From the NCBI RefSeq assembly GCF_001194135.2, contig NC_068984.1, positions 130,474,875 to 130,538,874 of the forward strand: a DNA stretch of 64,000 nucleotides. The letters are read 5' to 3'. The DNA comes from Octopus bimaculoides. Taxonomy: Eukaryota. The position numbers and the translations under genes are program-made. The stretch's first letter is position 1, and the number at the start of each line of letters is the position of its first letter. Below are positions 50,054 through 62,361 of this stretch, in pieces. The notes below the pieces were generated by a model. The model did not search any database, had not been told where the DNA came from, and saw only the letters and a program-made list of their open reading frames with translations.

Positions 50054-51377
50054 AGTATCAAAAGTTTCTGTTGAAAGTCAAAAGTGAAAGAAGAGTGCTC
50101 TGTATAGTCAGAGCTGAATGTTATTATTAATGTAGTCAACTGGCACAGTCAGGTGTACCTTAGGGTTCAAAATCCATATTTTCTAGACAGTCATTTAATG
50201 CCTATGTTTCTAATCGATCTTTCATCAGTACCCAGATCAATTCTGTCCCTTTGAATCACATGATTCCACTCTGTGGGATGGTTGGTGTTAGAAAGGGCAT
50301 CCAGCTGTAGAAACCGTGTCAAAACAGACACTGAAGCCTGGTCCAGTCTCCTGCCTAACCAGCTCCTGTCAAACCGTCCAACCCATGCCAGCATGGAAAG
50401 CAGACGCTAAATGATGATGATCTCAAATTAACATCACCATCTTAATTGGGACTAATGAGAAATGTAGGCATTAAATAATTGTCCTTAAATATAGATTTTG
50501 AAACCTAAGGTACTCTTAACTGTACTGGTAGACTATAATAATAATAATAATAATAATATTAATAACACCAATATTACATGTATCCATTTTGTATGTGAGT
50601 TTATGCATATGTGTTTGTATGCATTGCATATATGTGAGCATGTGCACACGTCTGTGTGTGAATGCATGTGTAGGTTTGTAAATTCTTATTCAGTTGTGAC
50701 AATGTGTGTTGAATGTGTGAGAGTGTGCAAGACAACATTTAGAGAAGTATTAGCAGAAGCTGTCCAGAGTAAGTGGACAAGAGCTGGCTAAATTAAATGA
50801 AGAATGTCTGGTCAAATTGAAGTGTACAGGAATTGTCCCAAGTTAATAACAAGCAGCACCAATTTTGATTAAATAGACCATAATTAGCTGAATTTAATTA
50901 TCTGGACACGTCCATAATAGGTGGGGGATGGGACATAAAATAACCCTTTTTTCTTTTTTTTGTTTTCTTTTTTTTATTCACTTTTTCAACATTATTTTTA
51001 TTTCACACTGAAATATTTGATGTCTTTTATTTATTTTTGTTTTTTTGTTTTTTTTTGAGAGAGAATATTCTAGATTTTCATCAGGCAGAAACAAGGTGGA
51101 CATGATCACAAGAAACACTGCACAACAACAAAACAACCAACATCACCACCACAACAACAACAGCAGCATGAACAACAATAACAACAGCAAGAACAACAAA
51201 AAACAGCAACAGCAACAACAACAGAAACAAGTAATAAAAAACCAAAAAAAAAACCAACCATAAATCATACATAGCAAAATAGTTTGAAAATGTTTGAAAT
51301 GCAAAGGGAGGAGCATGTGCGAAGGGGGCCATAAAAAAAGGGGGTCAAAGAAAACTGAAAGTGGAAACATGGCTTAC

Positions 51378-51543
51378 TTGTCGGTTTGTTTAGAGGTGGT
51401 GGCAATGGCGGGGGCCGACTGGTCTCAAGTTCTCCCTTATCTCGATAGACAGCCTCTCGAGAAACTGAGGCTGCACTTGATGTTTCATTGATACCAATCA
51501 CACTCGACGGTCTCGATCGTGGTTTCTTGTACTCCGGTACTCC
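51378..51543 (-). CDS. Asap: ASAP post-ANK linker exon (phase 0-1, 166 nt)
   Basis: ctactatag|GGA GTA CCG...ACA A|gtaagc; GVPEYKKPRSRPSSVIGINETSSAASVSREAVYRDKGELETSRPPPLPPPLNKPT; RSRPSS parallels the RSPRPQS region of ASAP1. Confidence 0.9.
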
Positions 51544-53029
51544 CTATAGTAGAAACGGTAAAAACATCAACAAGGTGTAACGGGTATGGGACGTTCTGGC
51601 ATGCCTGTTTTGGCGTTGCCTATTCGGCATCACTGATTTGATGCTGACTTATTTGACATAAGACATTTAATGTTTCTCTTCTTGTTCCCTTCCTTCCCCC
51701 TTACACACAAACACACACTCTATATATGTGTGTGAATATATCTTCTCTTTAAATTTGACGACTGGCACCCATGCCAACGTCGTCTCCTTCATTGGAAACG
51801 AAACTTGGCTTGCAAAGATCTATTGGGGCAAGCGAAAGCAAAATCATGATGGCACCTGTGCCCAGCATCACCTTCCTGGCACTTGTGCCAGATGGCACAT
51901 GTAAAGATATTCNNNNNNNNNNTGAAATTGTTGCCAGTGCCCCTGGACTGGCTCTTGTGCGGGTGGCACATAAAATACACCATTTTGAGCGTGGCCGTTG
52001 CCAGTACCGCCTGACTGGCATATGTGCCGGTGGCACATAAAAGCACCCACTACACTCTCGGAGTGGTTGGCATTAGGAAGGGCATCCAGCTGTAGAAACT
52101 CTGCCAAATCAGATTGGAGCCTAACCCTAACCCTAACCCTAACCCATGCTAACATGGAAAGCGGACGTTAAACGATGATGATGATGTGTCTGCATAGGGG
52201 CACTCTTCTACATTATTTTGCACTTATTCCTAAGGTTAGATAAATTGGGACAATGTCAGTTTCAACAATGATGGTTCCAGTTGATTCAATCAACAAAATA
52301 ACTGGCACGATTGACATGTCAAAGGTTTATCAATGAACCAATCAACATTACAAGATTAGCCCTTCAGCATTTAAACTGGCCATATCTGGCCTAAATATTC
52401 TACTTGTTTAATCCTAAAACTAGACAGATTTGGCTTCTCACACCTACCTTACAATGTTACTCCAAAGATTAAACCCTCCCAATATCGAAACCTCAAGGCT
52501 ACAAGACCTTGCATGATCCATTCAAAACAATGTAAATAAATAAGCATTACACTTGACAAAGAAATCTGAATGCTAAAGGGTAAAAGAAAAATGAACCAAG
52601 AAAAATATCTCAGAATGGCCAATGGCATATATTTGAACATCATAAACAAAAACAGCTATGTCTAATAGTGTACAACATTATTTCTTGATGTATTGAGATT
52701 GTCTCTAAGGGATGTATCTCTATTATCAAATGGCATCTAAGACCAGCTCCATTTAAAAACTTGAATCTAGATGCCAAACTTTAAAATCCTTTCAGAGCCC
52801 ACGACACATATTTACATATCTAATATCTCCACATATGTATGCTCAATATTGATACATGTTGTTTTATAGACACAACTTTTATACAAACAATAACAAGGGG
52901 GGTTATATACAGATTGTCACAACAGGTAGGGTCAGCCACCAAAGATATATTGGCATTCACAACATATAAAAATACACACACACACAATAGATAGTCACCT
53001 CAGATAAATGAAATAGAAATGTTACTTAC

Positions 53030-53077
53030 ATCAATATCATCGTCACTATAACAGTCAAGCTGACATTGGGGCTCCTC
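53030..53077 (-). CDS. Asap: ASAP acidic exon (phase 0-0, 48 nt)
   Basis: acattgcag|GAG GAG CCC...ATT GAT|gtaagt; EEPQCQLDCYSDDDID, matching the acidic ESDDDLD stretch that follows the ASAP ankyrin repeats. Confidence 0.85.
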
Positions 53078-53339
53078 CTGCAATGTAATATTTATTATAT
53101 TGATTATAATTCACTGATGATCAATCCAATGACAACAATGGTGGTGGTGGTCATGATAATGGTAGAGGTGTGGTCATGATGGTGATGATAATGATTGAGA
53201 TGTTAGTGCTAATGGTGGTGATGATAATAATGATAATGATGATGATGATTATAATAATGTAACATCTGCCAGTATTTAATCCTCAGAAGAGAAGAGGTTG
53301 GTAAAAAGCTGAAACTTGCTCTCTTCAATTTGGTCATGA

Positions 53340-54115
53340 ATGTTGGGTAATGACCAGAAGAGTATGATCCTGAATAGAAACGGTAGAAATAGGGTTCCTC
53401 GAAAAGACCTCTAGAGTAATGTTAATCCACATGGTGCATAGCTTGGAGATCAAAGAATCTCTCCAGGTTGAGCTGCTACCATAAATACTCATGGATAGGT
53501 CACACTTTTTTTTTACCAAAAACTTTGATAAAAATCAGGGGTGAGACCAAATCCACTCAACATCACAGGAATCTGAAGTAGATAACAGCGTATCAGTAGT
53601 CCAGGTATGTACCCTGGGCCTGGGTTTTACATTTTTGTGACATCTGTTTATTAGAAAGCAGAAACTGGAAGTTTGCATGTTGGTCTTTTTGACAACATTG
53701 ATTCAAATATAAGTCATATTTACATTAAAAGAGGGCCATGTAACTCCCCAGATTATAGTGCAACCTATCTGCGAGTCAACCACAAATACCAACTTTGACA
53801 ACCCCAAACTAAGGGTGTGACCTATCCACAAATATATACAGTACTTCTCTGCATGGAGAGATCACAGCACCGGTACAATGGATATGTGATTAGAATGTCA
53901 CAGGAAAGAATTACAAGATGGATTCTTCAAGTAGAGCCAACTGACAGGAGACCTAGAGGTTAACCAAGAACAAGATGGCTGGATAATGTTCATAATCTCA
54001 GTTGGTTATGCTTGCTTAGGAATTCACCCAGAAAGTGTAACAATGGTTGCTTCCGATAGGACCTTATGGAAGAAGTACCTGAGGACTCTTACTCCTACAA
54101 CCTTCTCAGGAATAG
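53340..54115 (+). mobile_element. RTE-clade LINE ORF 3' end (interrupted)
   Basis: IETVEIGFLEKTSRVML...EIKESLQVELL and MERSQHRYNGYVIRMSQER...RRPRG*PRTRWLDNV match RTE C-terminal motifs (EMGFLRR, RxRWxGHVxRM, RPRGRPRTRW). Confidence 0.75.
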
Positions 54116-55009
54116 CAGACAAAGAAAATGGTTAGATTGGTAATATTTGTTATCTTGTTGCCTTCCCAAATGGAGGAGTGAGAGCTGTGTTGTTTAAAAT
54201 AAGCTTCACAAATGGACATTTATACATGATGCTTATATGCAAAGACAGATTGACAGGCTGGAAATAGTAACAGCAGTAACAATATACCCTCACCCATCCA
54301 CACATCTGTTGTAGATTATTAAATAGAGAGAGAGCAGAGGTGAAGAAATTAACTAGAGAGCAATGACCAGCAATCAATTAGTGGCCATTATTCAATGACC
54401 AAGGTGCATGGCCTAGTGGATTCAAGGTCATAGCTTTGATTCCTGGACTGGACAGTGCGTTGTGTTCTTGAGCAAAACACATCATTTCACTGCCCTGTGA
54501 TTACTTCAACACCTGACATGTGGCACACTGTGCACCTGTACAGGTAATCTCAATTCAATGAAGGGAGGGAGTTAAGGTACAACGCAAACATTTGATCACT
54601 ACAAACAAATCATTTGTACAGTTGGTGGTCAGGCAAGAAATTTGAAAACCTCATCTGCTCAAGAACCAGGAATCAATCAGCTGTTGTTATTTAGTTGTCA
54701 ACAATCTTTAAATTGCTATTCAGTTGCCAGTAATCTGTTAGTTGCTGTTATTCAATTACAAGCAACAAATTTAGTTATTACTATTATAGAGCCTTTAGAA
54801 ATCTGTCATTTGCTATTATTCAGTTTTGAATAGTCAAATAACTGGTTGCAATGTTTGTTGGAAATCTTCAATAGCAAAGATGACGACAATCTCTAATTTC
54901 AATTATTCAGTTGCCAGAAACCAAATAGCTGATGCAATATGTTAGTTGCCAATAGTCAATAGCCAAAATACTAGTAATCTGTAAGTTGGTATTATTCAGT
55001 TTATATGCA

Positions 55010-55200
55010 ATGGAATAGTTATATTGATCAGTTTCCATCAATGGAATAGTTGCTTTAATCAGTTGCTAGCAATGAAATAGTTATTTCGGTCAGTGTCAGC
55101 AAAAAAAAATAGTTGCTTTAATTAGTTGCCAGCAATAAAATACTTGCCTTAATAAGCTGCCAGCTACAAAATAGTTGTTCTAAATCAGTTGCTAGCAATG
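55010..55200. repeat. Degenerate ~31-bp minisatellite
   Basis: About six diverged copies of AATAGTTGCTTTAATCAGTTGC(T/C)AGCAAT. Confidence 0.6.
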
Positions 55201-55536
55201 TCAGTTTCACACTATAATGTGAAAGAGTCAATTCCAAACTTAATATTCTCCAACAAAAAAATTCCTGCCCGAAACATTAAACATCCCCTCTTTCTCCTGG
55301 AATTATATTTATTCCACTGGGAAAAATCATAACAACTGCACAGCAATAAACCAACAAAAGAAAGTCAATCCAGATTCATTGCTATGATATCTAAAGAATG
55401 AGAGACAACCCCTGATAACAAAAGCAGTAGATCCAACCAAACTTACCATCAGAATCATAAAAGACAGACAAGGGCAATTCCAACCTTCTTACCAGTCATG
55501 ATATCTAGAAGAGGATGGGATTAATCCCAAACTTAC

Positions 55537-55605
55537 CACCATAAGATCCCAGTCAATGTTGACGTTTTCAAATAAATCTTTTCTGTTCTCCAAAGCAGCT
55601 TTTAT
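55537..55605 (-). CDS. Asap: ASAP post-ankyrin exon (phase 0-0, 69 nt)
   Basis: taatttcag|ATA AAA GCT...ATG GTG|gtaagt; IKAALENRKDLFENVNIDWDLMV, matching the ASAP1 AKSGKFNPHVHVEYEWNL region. Confidence 0.9.
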
Positions 55606-55798
55606 CTGAAATTATAGAAGTGATGGAGTTTCAGTATGGTGGTGGTGGTGGTAGTGTTGGTGGTGGTGAAGTAGTGTTGTGGTGGAGTGGTAGTGATTTG
55701 GTAGTGTGAAGTAGTGTACCGGCAGCGTGGTTGCAGTGTGATGGTATGGTGCAGTATGGGATTATATTAATGTGGTGGTGGGATGAGAATGGAATATA

Positions 55799-55925
55799 CA
55801 GGGTGTCCACAAGGTCTGGATACATGGAGTAAATAAAATCATAACATAAACAATTAAATATAAGAAATAATAATTTCTTAAAGGATGTGTTAATCCCCAT
55901 GTACCCAGACTTTGTGGACACCCTG
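55799..55925. mobile_element. Tc1/mariner-type MITE
   Basis: TA|CAGGGTGTCCACAA(G/A)GTCTGG(A/G)TACATGG 29-bp TIRs with 2 mismatches and a TA target duplication. Confidence 0.8.
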
Positions 55926-56559
55926 TAGAATGATCAGTGAGGTGTTGTATCTTTTACTTGATTCAGTCACTAGACAATGGATGTGCTGAGGCACCACCAT
56001 GAAGGGTTAGGGTTTTAATTTAGCAAATCGACCCCAGTACTTATTTTTTAAAGTTTGGTATTTGTTATATTGGTCTTTTTTTGCCAAACTGCTAAGTTAG
56101 AGGAACGTAAACAAAGCAACACCAGTTGCATACTTATTCATTTATTTATATATTTATTGTTGTTTATTACAAAGTTCTATTCAGTAGTAATCATGCATAG
56201 TACCATTTCATTCTTTTTTTGAAATCATCAGCATGACATAACCTGAGGGATATTAATCTAACATTTTATGAAGTGAGACATTCCTTATAGATGGAAAATA
56301 ATTAAGAATCAGATATCAATAAGAAATGTGTTTCTTTATTTTCAGGTAGTGATCCTTGAGGTCAATTTATGTTATGCAATTTATTTCAGGTAACATTGTG
56401 TTACACACCTAGAATTTCTAAATTTACTACATAAGCCACTTACTGTAACAGTGTTTTACATACTCTTTTTTGTCTTGAGCCCTAGAACTCACGGGGCTGA
56501 TTATCCAGTTTCCATAGTGAATATGTGATCAAGATCACAACATTCCCTTGAATAAGAGT

Positions 56560-57160
56560 CTGGTCTGTTGCTGGGTTCAAAGCTAGCAATTTTGAGGGGT
56601 GGGAACAGGTTGATTAAATCAACATCAGTATTGGTCTTTATTTGATCAATCCTGAGAGGTTGAAAGGCAAAGTTAAACTCGGTGGCTTGGCAGGATTTGA
56701 ACTTGGAACATAAAGCGCTGGAAGAAATTCTGCTAACCATTTTGCTTGATATGCTAATGATTCTGCCAGCTCACCACCTTAATAACAATAACTCTTTCTA
56801 ATTTTGACACAAGGCTAGAAATTTTGAGGGGAGGGGAGGGGACAAGTCGATTACAATGACCCCAGTTCTTGACTGGTACCTTATTTTACTGACACGAAAG
56901 GGAAGAAAGGCAAAGCTAATCTCAGCAGAATTTGAACTCAATGTAAAGCACCTGAAGAAATGCTGCAAAGTATTTTGTCTGATATGCTAACAATTCTGCC
57001 AGCTCACTGCCTTTATTTAACAATATAGACAACAACAATAATATAGATATCATTACACATGTTTACCAAGGTGGGATATGAACTCAGAATGTAAAGAACT
57101 AGAAGTAATGCTGCTAAGCATTTTGTCTGATATGCTAACAATTTTGCCAGCTCACTACCT
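56560..57160 (-). mobile_element. Cluster of Nin/Deu-like SINE copies
   Basis: Repeated ACAAGG...GAAAGGCAAAG...GAACT...GCCAGCTCAC module, same family as 29921-30716. Confidence 0.65.
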
Positions 57161-57379
57161 CGTTTTATACACACGGGCATCATTTACTATATATATTTAC
57201 TATATATATTTACTATATATATTACATCATTGGACATGCTACACAAGCCACTCCCTCTAACAGTATTGCTTTGTTACATCATTAGGTTTGCTACACAAAA
57301 TATATCCCATAAAGGAGTGTCGCACACCCCGTGAAATTTATAAGAAAGATAGAAAGGAAATGCTGTGGTGATGACTGAC

Positions 57380-57566
57380 CAGTTCAGCACAAAGTTGGTG
57401 GTTATTTTCAATGGCAATGTCTAGAGGAGCTTGGCCTGCATTGTTCTCGAGTGAAGCCATGTCTGGTTTGGTACGCAGTATCAACTTTATACATTCAGAT
57501 TTGTTGAGTTGAGCACATAAATGGAGAGCTGTGTTGCCATCTTTGGTTCGTTTATCCAGACTAGAA
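57380..57566 (-). CDS. Asap: ASAP ankyrin-repeat exon (phase 2-0, 187 nt)
   Basis: aattgcag|T TCT AGT CTG...GAA CTG|gtcagt; SSLDKRTKDGNTALHLCAQLNKSECIKLILRTKPDMASLENNAGQAPLDIAIENNHQLCAEL (GNTALH and GQAPLDIA ankyrin motifs). Confidence 0.95.
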
Positions 57567-58333
57567 CTGCAATTAGAATGAAACCATGTCAGCCTTGTCA
57601 TATAACTCAATTAAAACACTCAAACACAGATGTTGTCGTCATCATCATCATCATCACTATCAACCCCAGCACATTACCGTCTTAGGTCCTATGACTCATT
57701 AGGCCACACACACACATACATACAAGAATATAAGAAACGAATAACAGCATAACCAAAACAAAATACCCTTGTTTAAAACTGACTAATGACAAATCAATGA
57801 AAGAGCCCCAATGTGTTAGCTCAGCTTGCTAGAAATACAAGCTAAATCTTCCTTAAATCTGAATAATGTAGTCTGAGACGTACACATGACAAAAAAAAAA
57901 AAAATGAGATGGTCATGACACGACCAAAATATTTAAAGAATATTAGAGATTGACCAGTTCAGATATTGTAAATGTAAAATTGGGAGTTTTACCCATACAA
58001 ATGTTATAGATACGAAGTAGGGTTTTGGTGAGTTGAGATGTTCTCGATATACAACCAGGAGTGTTTTACCATGTCTACATTATATAAATATCTAAATATT
58101 GTAAATAGAAACATGGAAACTGATTAGTTGGAAAACTGTAGGTATATAAATCAAAGACTGACAAGAGCAGTTGTACATATAGAATTAGGAATATGATTAT
58201 TTCCACAGAGTAAAATATATATTAGAGAGATTAATCAGTGCAAATGTTGCTCATATAAAACTAGGAGATTTATCTTCTAGGTATTGTGCATGTGTACCTC
58301 TCTCTCTGTCTGTCTATATATATATATATATAT

Positions 58334-59023
58334 NNNNNNNNNNNNNNNNNNNNNNNNNNNNNNNNNNNNNNNNNNNNNNNNNNNNNNNNNNNNNNNNNNN
58401 NNNNNNNNNNNNNNNNNNNNNNNNNNNNNNNNNNNNNNNNNNNNNNNNNNNNNNNNNNNNNNNNNNNNNNNNNNNNNNNNNNNNNNNNNNNNNNNNNNNN
58501 NNNNNNNNNNNNNNNNNNNNNNNNNNNNNNNNNNNNNNNNNNNNNNNNNNNNNNNNNNNNNNNNNNNNNNNNNNNNNNNNNNNNNNNNNNNNNNNNNNNN
58601 NNNNNNNNNNNNNNNNNNNNNNNNNNNNNNNNNNNNNNNNNNNNNNNNNNNNNNNNNNNNNNNNNNNNNNNNNNNNNNNNNNNNNNNNNNNNNNNNNNNN
58701 NNNNNNNNNNNNNNNNNNNNNNNNNNNNNNNNNNNNNNNNNNNNNNNNNNNNNNNNNNNNNNNNNNNNNNNNNNNNNNNNNNNNNNNNNNNNNNNNNNNN
58801 NNNNNNNNNNNNNNNNNNNNNNNNNNNNNNNNNNNNNNNNNNNNNNNNNNNNNNNNNNNNNNNNNNNNNNNNNNNNNNNNNNNNNNNNNNNNNNNNNNNN
58901 NNNNNNNNNNNNNNNNNNNNNNNNNNNNNNNNNNNNNNNNNNNNNNNNNNNNNNNNNNNNNNNNNNNNNNNNNNNNNNNNNNNNNNNNNNNNNNNNNNNN
59001 NNNNNNNNNNNNNNNNNNNNNNN
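58334..59023. other. Assembly gap (N-run); candidate location of the missing ankyrin exon
   Basis: Run of N. Other gaps: 7633-7978, 26245-26765, 40756-40990, 42587-42835, 44738-45469, 51913-51922, 59953-60591. Confidence 0.95.
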
Positions 59024-59099
59024 GATATACCCTCCAGCCTTCATTAGGTGTCTTGGGAAAATTTCGAACCTGGGTTCTCATTCCTAAGGTATTTTTCCA

Positions 59100-59233
59100 T
59101 GTTGTTATTATTATTACTGTTATTATTATTATTATTGTTGTTGTTGTTATTATTATTACTATAACTATTACTGTCGTTATTATTATTATTATTGTTATTA
59201 TTATTACTATAACTATTACTGTTATTATTATTA

Positions 59234-59270
<37 letters not shown>
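59100..59270. repeat. (ATT/GTT)n microsatellite
   Basis: Long imperfect ATT triplet run; source of the poly-Asn and poly-Ile ORFs. Confidence 0.9.
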
Positions 59271-59275
<5 letters not shown>

Positions 59276-59649
59276 TCACTGCCTGGAAACGAACTCAGAA
59301 TCTTGGGGTTAGTAGCCCGCACTCTTAACCACTATGCCATATGCCATATGTAGTATAATACAGGCTGGTGGTTCTCAACCATTTTCACATCCCTTGGATT
59401 ACTATTTTATTCTAGTGAACCCCATAGCCATTTGATTTTCAAAAACTAGTTTTATAAACACACCTTTCAAAGTTCCTATTTTGTTTTTCACATGTTTACA
59501 TCTATCTTTCACTTATTTCCCCTCATTCCATTTGTGTTATTTCACCTGTCAGTATATACGCATACAAGCTACTAGCACAGGTACTATACACACATACACA
59601 ACCATACATCCTGCACCAACCAAGTACACATCAGTTGCCACACACAAAC

Positions 59650-59952
59650 TGGCTCTTGTGCGGGTGACACATGAAATGTTTCGAGCGGGCTCGATGCCAG
59701 TGCCCCTGGGCCGGCTTGCGGGTGACACATGAAATCTTTCGAGCGAGATCGTTGCCGGTGCCCCTGGGCCGGCTTGCGGGTGACACATGAGGTTTTTCGA
59801 GCGAGGTCGTTGCCGGTGCCCCCGGGCTGGCTTGTGTGCGGGCGACACATGGGGTCTTTCGAGCGGGATCGTTGCCAGTGCCCCTGGACTGGCTCTTGTG
59901 TGGGTGACACATGAAATCTTTCGAGCGGGATCGTTGCCAGTGCCCCTGGACT
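59650..59952. repeat. CpG-rich 58-62-bp minisatellite (at least 5 units, runs into gap)
   Basis: Units GGC(TC)TTG(T)GCGGGTGACACATGAAATCTTTCGAGCGGGATCGTTGCCAGTGCCCCTGGACT; a related sequence precedes the SINE at 51930-52050. Confidence 0.85.
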
Positions 59953-60979
59953 NNNNNNNNNNNNNNNNNNNNNNNNNNNNNNNNNNNNNNNNNNNNNNNN
60001 NNNNNNNNNNNNNNNNNNNNNNNNNNNNNNNNNNNNNNNNNNNNNNNNNNNNNNNNNNNNNNNNNNNNNNNNNNNNNNNNNNNNNNNNNNNNNNNNNNNN
60101 NNNNNNNNNNNNNNNNNNNNNNNNNNNNNNNNNNNNNNNNNNNNNNNNNNNNNNNNNNNNNNNNNNNNNNNNNNNNNNNNNNNNNNNNNNNNNNNNNNNN
60201 NNNNNNNNNNNNNNNNNNNNNNNNNNNNNNNNNNNNNNNNNNNNNNNNNNNNNNNNNNNNNNNNNNNNNNNNNNNNNNNNNNNNNNNNNNNNNNNNNNNN
60301 NNNNNNNNNNNNNNNNNNNNNNNNNNNNNNNNNNNNNNNNNNNNNNNNNNNNNNNNNNNNNNNNNNNNNNNNNNNNNNNNNNNNNNNNNNNNNNNNNNNN
60401 NNNNNNNNNNNNNNNNNNNNNNNNNNNNNNNNNNNNNNNNNNNNNNNNNNNNNNNNNNNNNNNNNNNNNNNNNNNNNNNNNNNNNNNNNNNNNNNNNNNN
60501 NNNNNNNNNNNNNNNNNNNNNNNNNNNNNNNNNNNNNNNNNNNNNNNNNNNNNNNNNNNNNNNNNNNNNNNNNNNNNNNNNNNNNNNNNNNTCTACTATA
60601 GCCTTGGGCCGACCAAAGCCTTGTGAGTGGATTTGGTAGACGGAAACTAAAAGAAGCCCGTCGTATAAATGTATATATATATATATGTATGTGTGTGTAT
60701 ATGTTTGTGTGTCTGTGTTTGTCCCCCCAACATCGCTTGACAACCGGTGCTGGTGTGTTTACGTACCCGTAACTTAGCGGTTCGGCAAAAGAGACCGACA
60801 GAATAAGTACTAGGCTTACAAAGAATACGTCCTGGGGTCGATTTCTTCGACTAAAGGCGGTGCTCCAGCATGGCCGCAGTCCAATGACTGAAACAAGTAA
60901 AGAGAGTAAAAGAGAGTAAAGAGTTCTGGATACAATTAAGAAATACATGATTGCCATGATTGGAATGTCTTTGATCACA

Positions 60980-61070
60980 GGTCTGCTAGATTAAGTTAAT
61001 CCTAGGTCTGCTGGATTAAGGTAATCCTAGGTCTGCTGCATTAAGGTAATCATAGGTCTGCTGGATTAAG
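60980..61070. repeat. 25-bp tandem repeat, about 3.6 copies
   Basis: GTCTGCT(A/G)(G/C)ATTAAG(G/T)TAATC(C/A)TAG repeated. Confidence 0.8.
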
Positions 61071-61134
61071 GCCACCCAACAACAACAGCATACACACACA
61101 CATACACACATTTTATATATATACATATACTTAC

Positions 61135-61315
61135 TGTATTTGGCAGGGTCGTCATCAGCTCCAATCCCTCAGCATGTACCTGCAGCAGTGCAAACACGTC
61201 CTTTGATGCAATTGCTTGTTGCAGTTCCTGTTTCAAGTCTTCCTTGTCTGTGCATGTCTGGATCACATATTTGTGCTGTTCATATTTCGCCTTGATAAAC
61301 TCTCGACGTTTGTTC
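61135..61315 (-). CDS. Asap: ASAP ArfGAP C-terminus / pre-ANK exon (phase 2-0, 181 nt)
   Basis: tttgaccag|G AAC AAA CGT...AAT ACA|gtaagt; NKRREFIKAKYEQHKYVIQTCTDKEDLKQELQQAIASKDVFALLQVHAEGLELMTTLPNT (RxxFIxAKY and LLQVxAEG motifs). Confidence 0.95.
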
Positions 61316-62266
61316 CTGGTCAAAGAAGCAACAACACAAAAATAAACTGTCAAGAATTTTTCTGAGATGAAGGGGTTTGTTAAACTAATTTAAGACTCAG
61401 AAACAATGATCATCATCATCATCATCACCAACACCAGGCCTTGTGTCTACAATAGGTTTCTTTCTGCTATAAGCACAAGATCTGAAATTTTGGTGGTGAG
61501 TGGGGGATAGTTGGTTATATTGACTACATCAACCTCAGTATTCAACTGGTACCTATTTTATCGAGCTACAAAAGATGAAAGGTAAAGTGGAACTCAGCAG
61601 AATTTGAATTCAGAATGTAAAGACGGACGAAATGCCAGCAAGCATTTTGTCTGGTGTCTGGTGTCCTTGCGATTCAACCAACTTACTGCCTTATCTTGTA
61701 GATTTGAGATTTTGATGAAACTACAGTTACTTTTTAGAATAATGATGTAGGGTTGGTGTGTGAGGCCAAATCTGGCCATGAACATAGAGCTGGTAGAATA
61801 GTTTTGAGCTGGATATGGCCAGTTTAAATACTAAAGGGCTAAACATGCTAATGATTCCAGCAGCTCTAAGACTAATAATAATAACACAACACCACAAGTA
61901 ATTTTGAGGGGAGGAGTTCAGTCAGTTACATCAACCATGGAACATGATTGTTTTAATTGTGGATGCTGGGGAGATAAATAGTGATGACTGCTTCTAAGAC
62001 AGGCATAAGGCCTAAAAACTTGGTGAGGGGGAGTCAGTTGATTCAATTGACTCCTAATACTTTATGTTACTGACCTAAAAGATGAAAGGCAAAATTGACC
62101 TGCGAGGATTTCTTTCCTGTTCATAACATTCTATTGGTGTTGACTTACAAAGGCTCGAGAAAAACATTAATGGCATCAATCTCACTGGTCTTGGAGGGCC
62201 TGTATAGACCATAGACACTGCACCTTTCTTGGGACCCAGCAAGTAGAAACAAAAAGATATGTAGCA

Positions 62267-62329
<63 letters not shown>

Positions 62330-62361
62330 CAGAGAGGAAGAGAGATAGAAGATGTACTTAC

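Noticed and set aside
56003-56013. GGGTTAGGGTT inside a SINE
   Set aside because: Under two telomeric units; expected by chance.
59650-59952. Regular ~60-bp repeats as a CRISPR array
   Set aside because: Eukaryotic intron, units are fully repeated with no unique spacers, and there are no cas genes.
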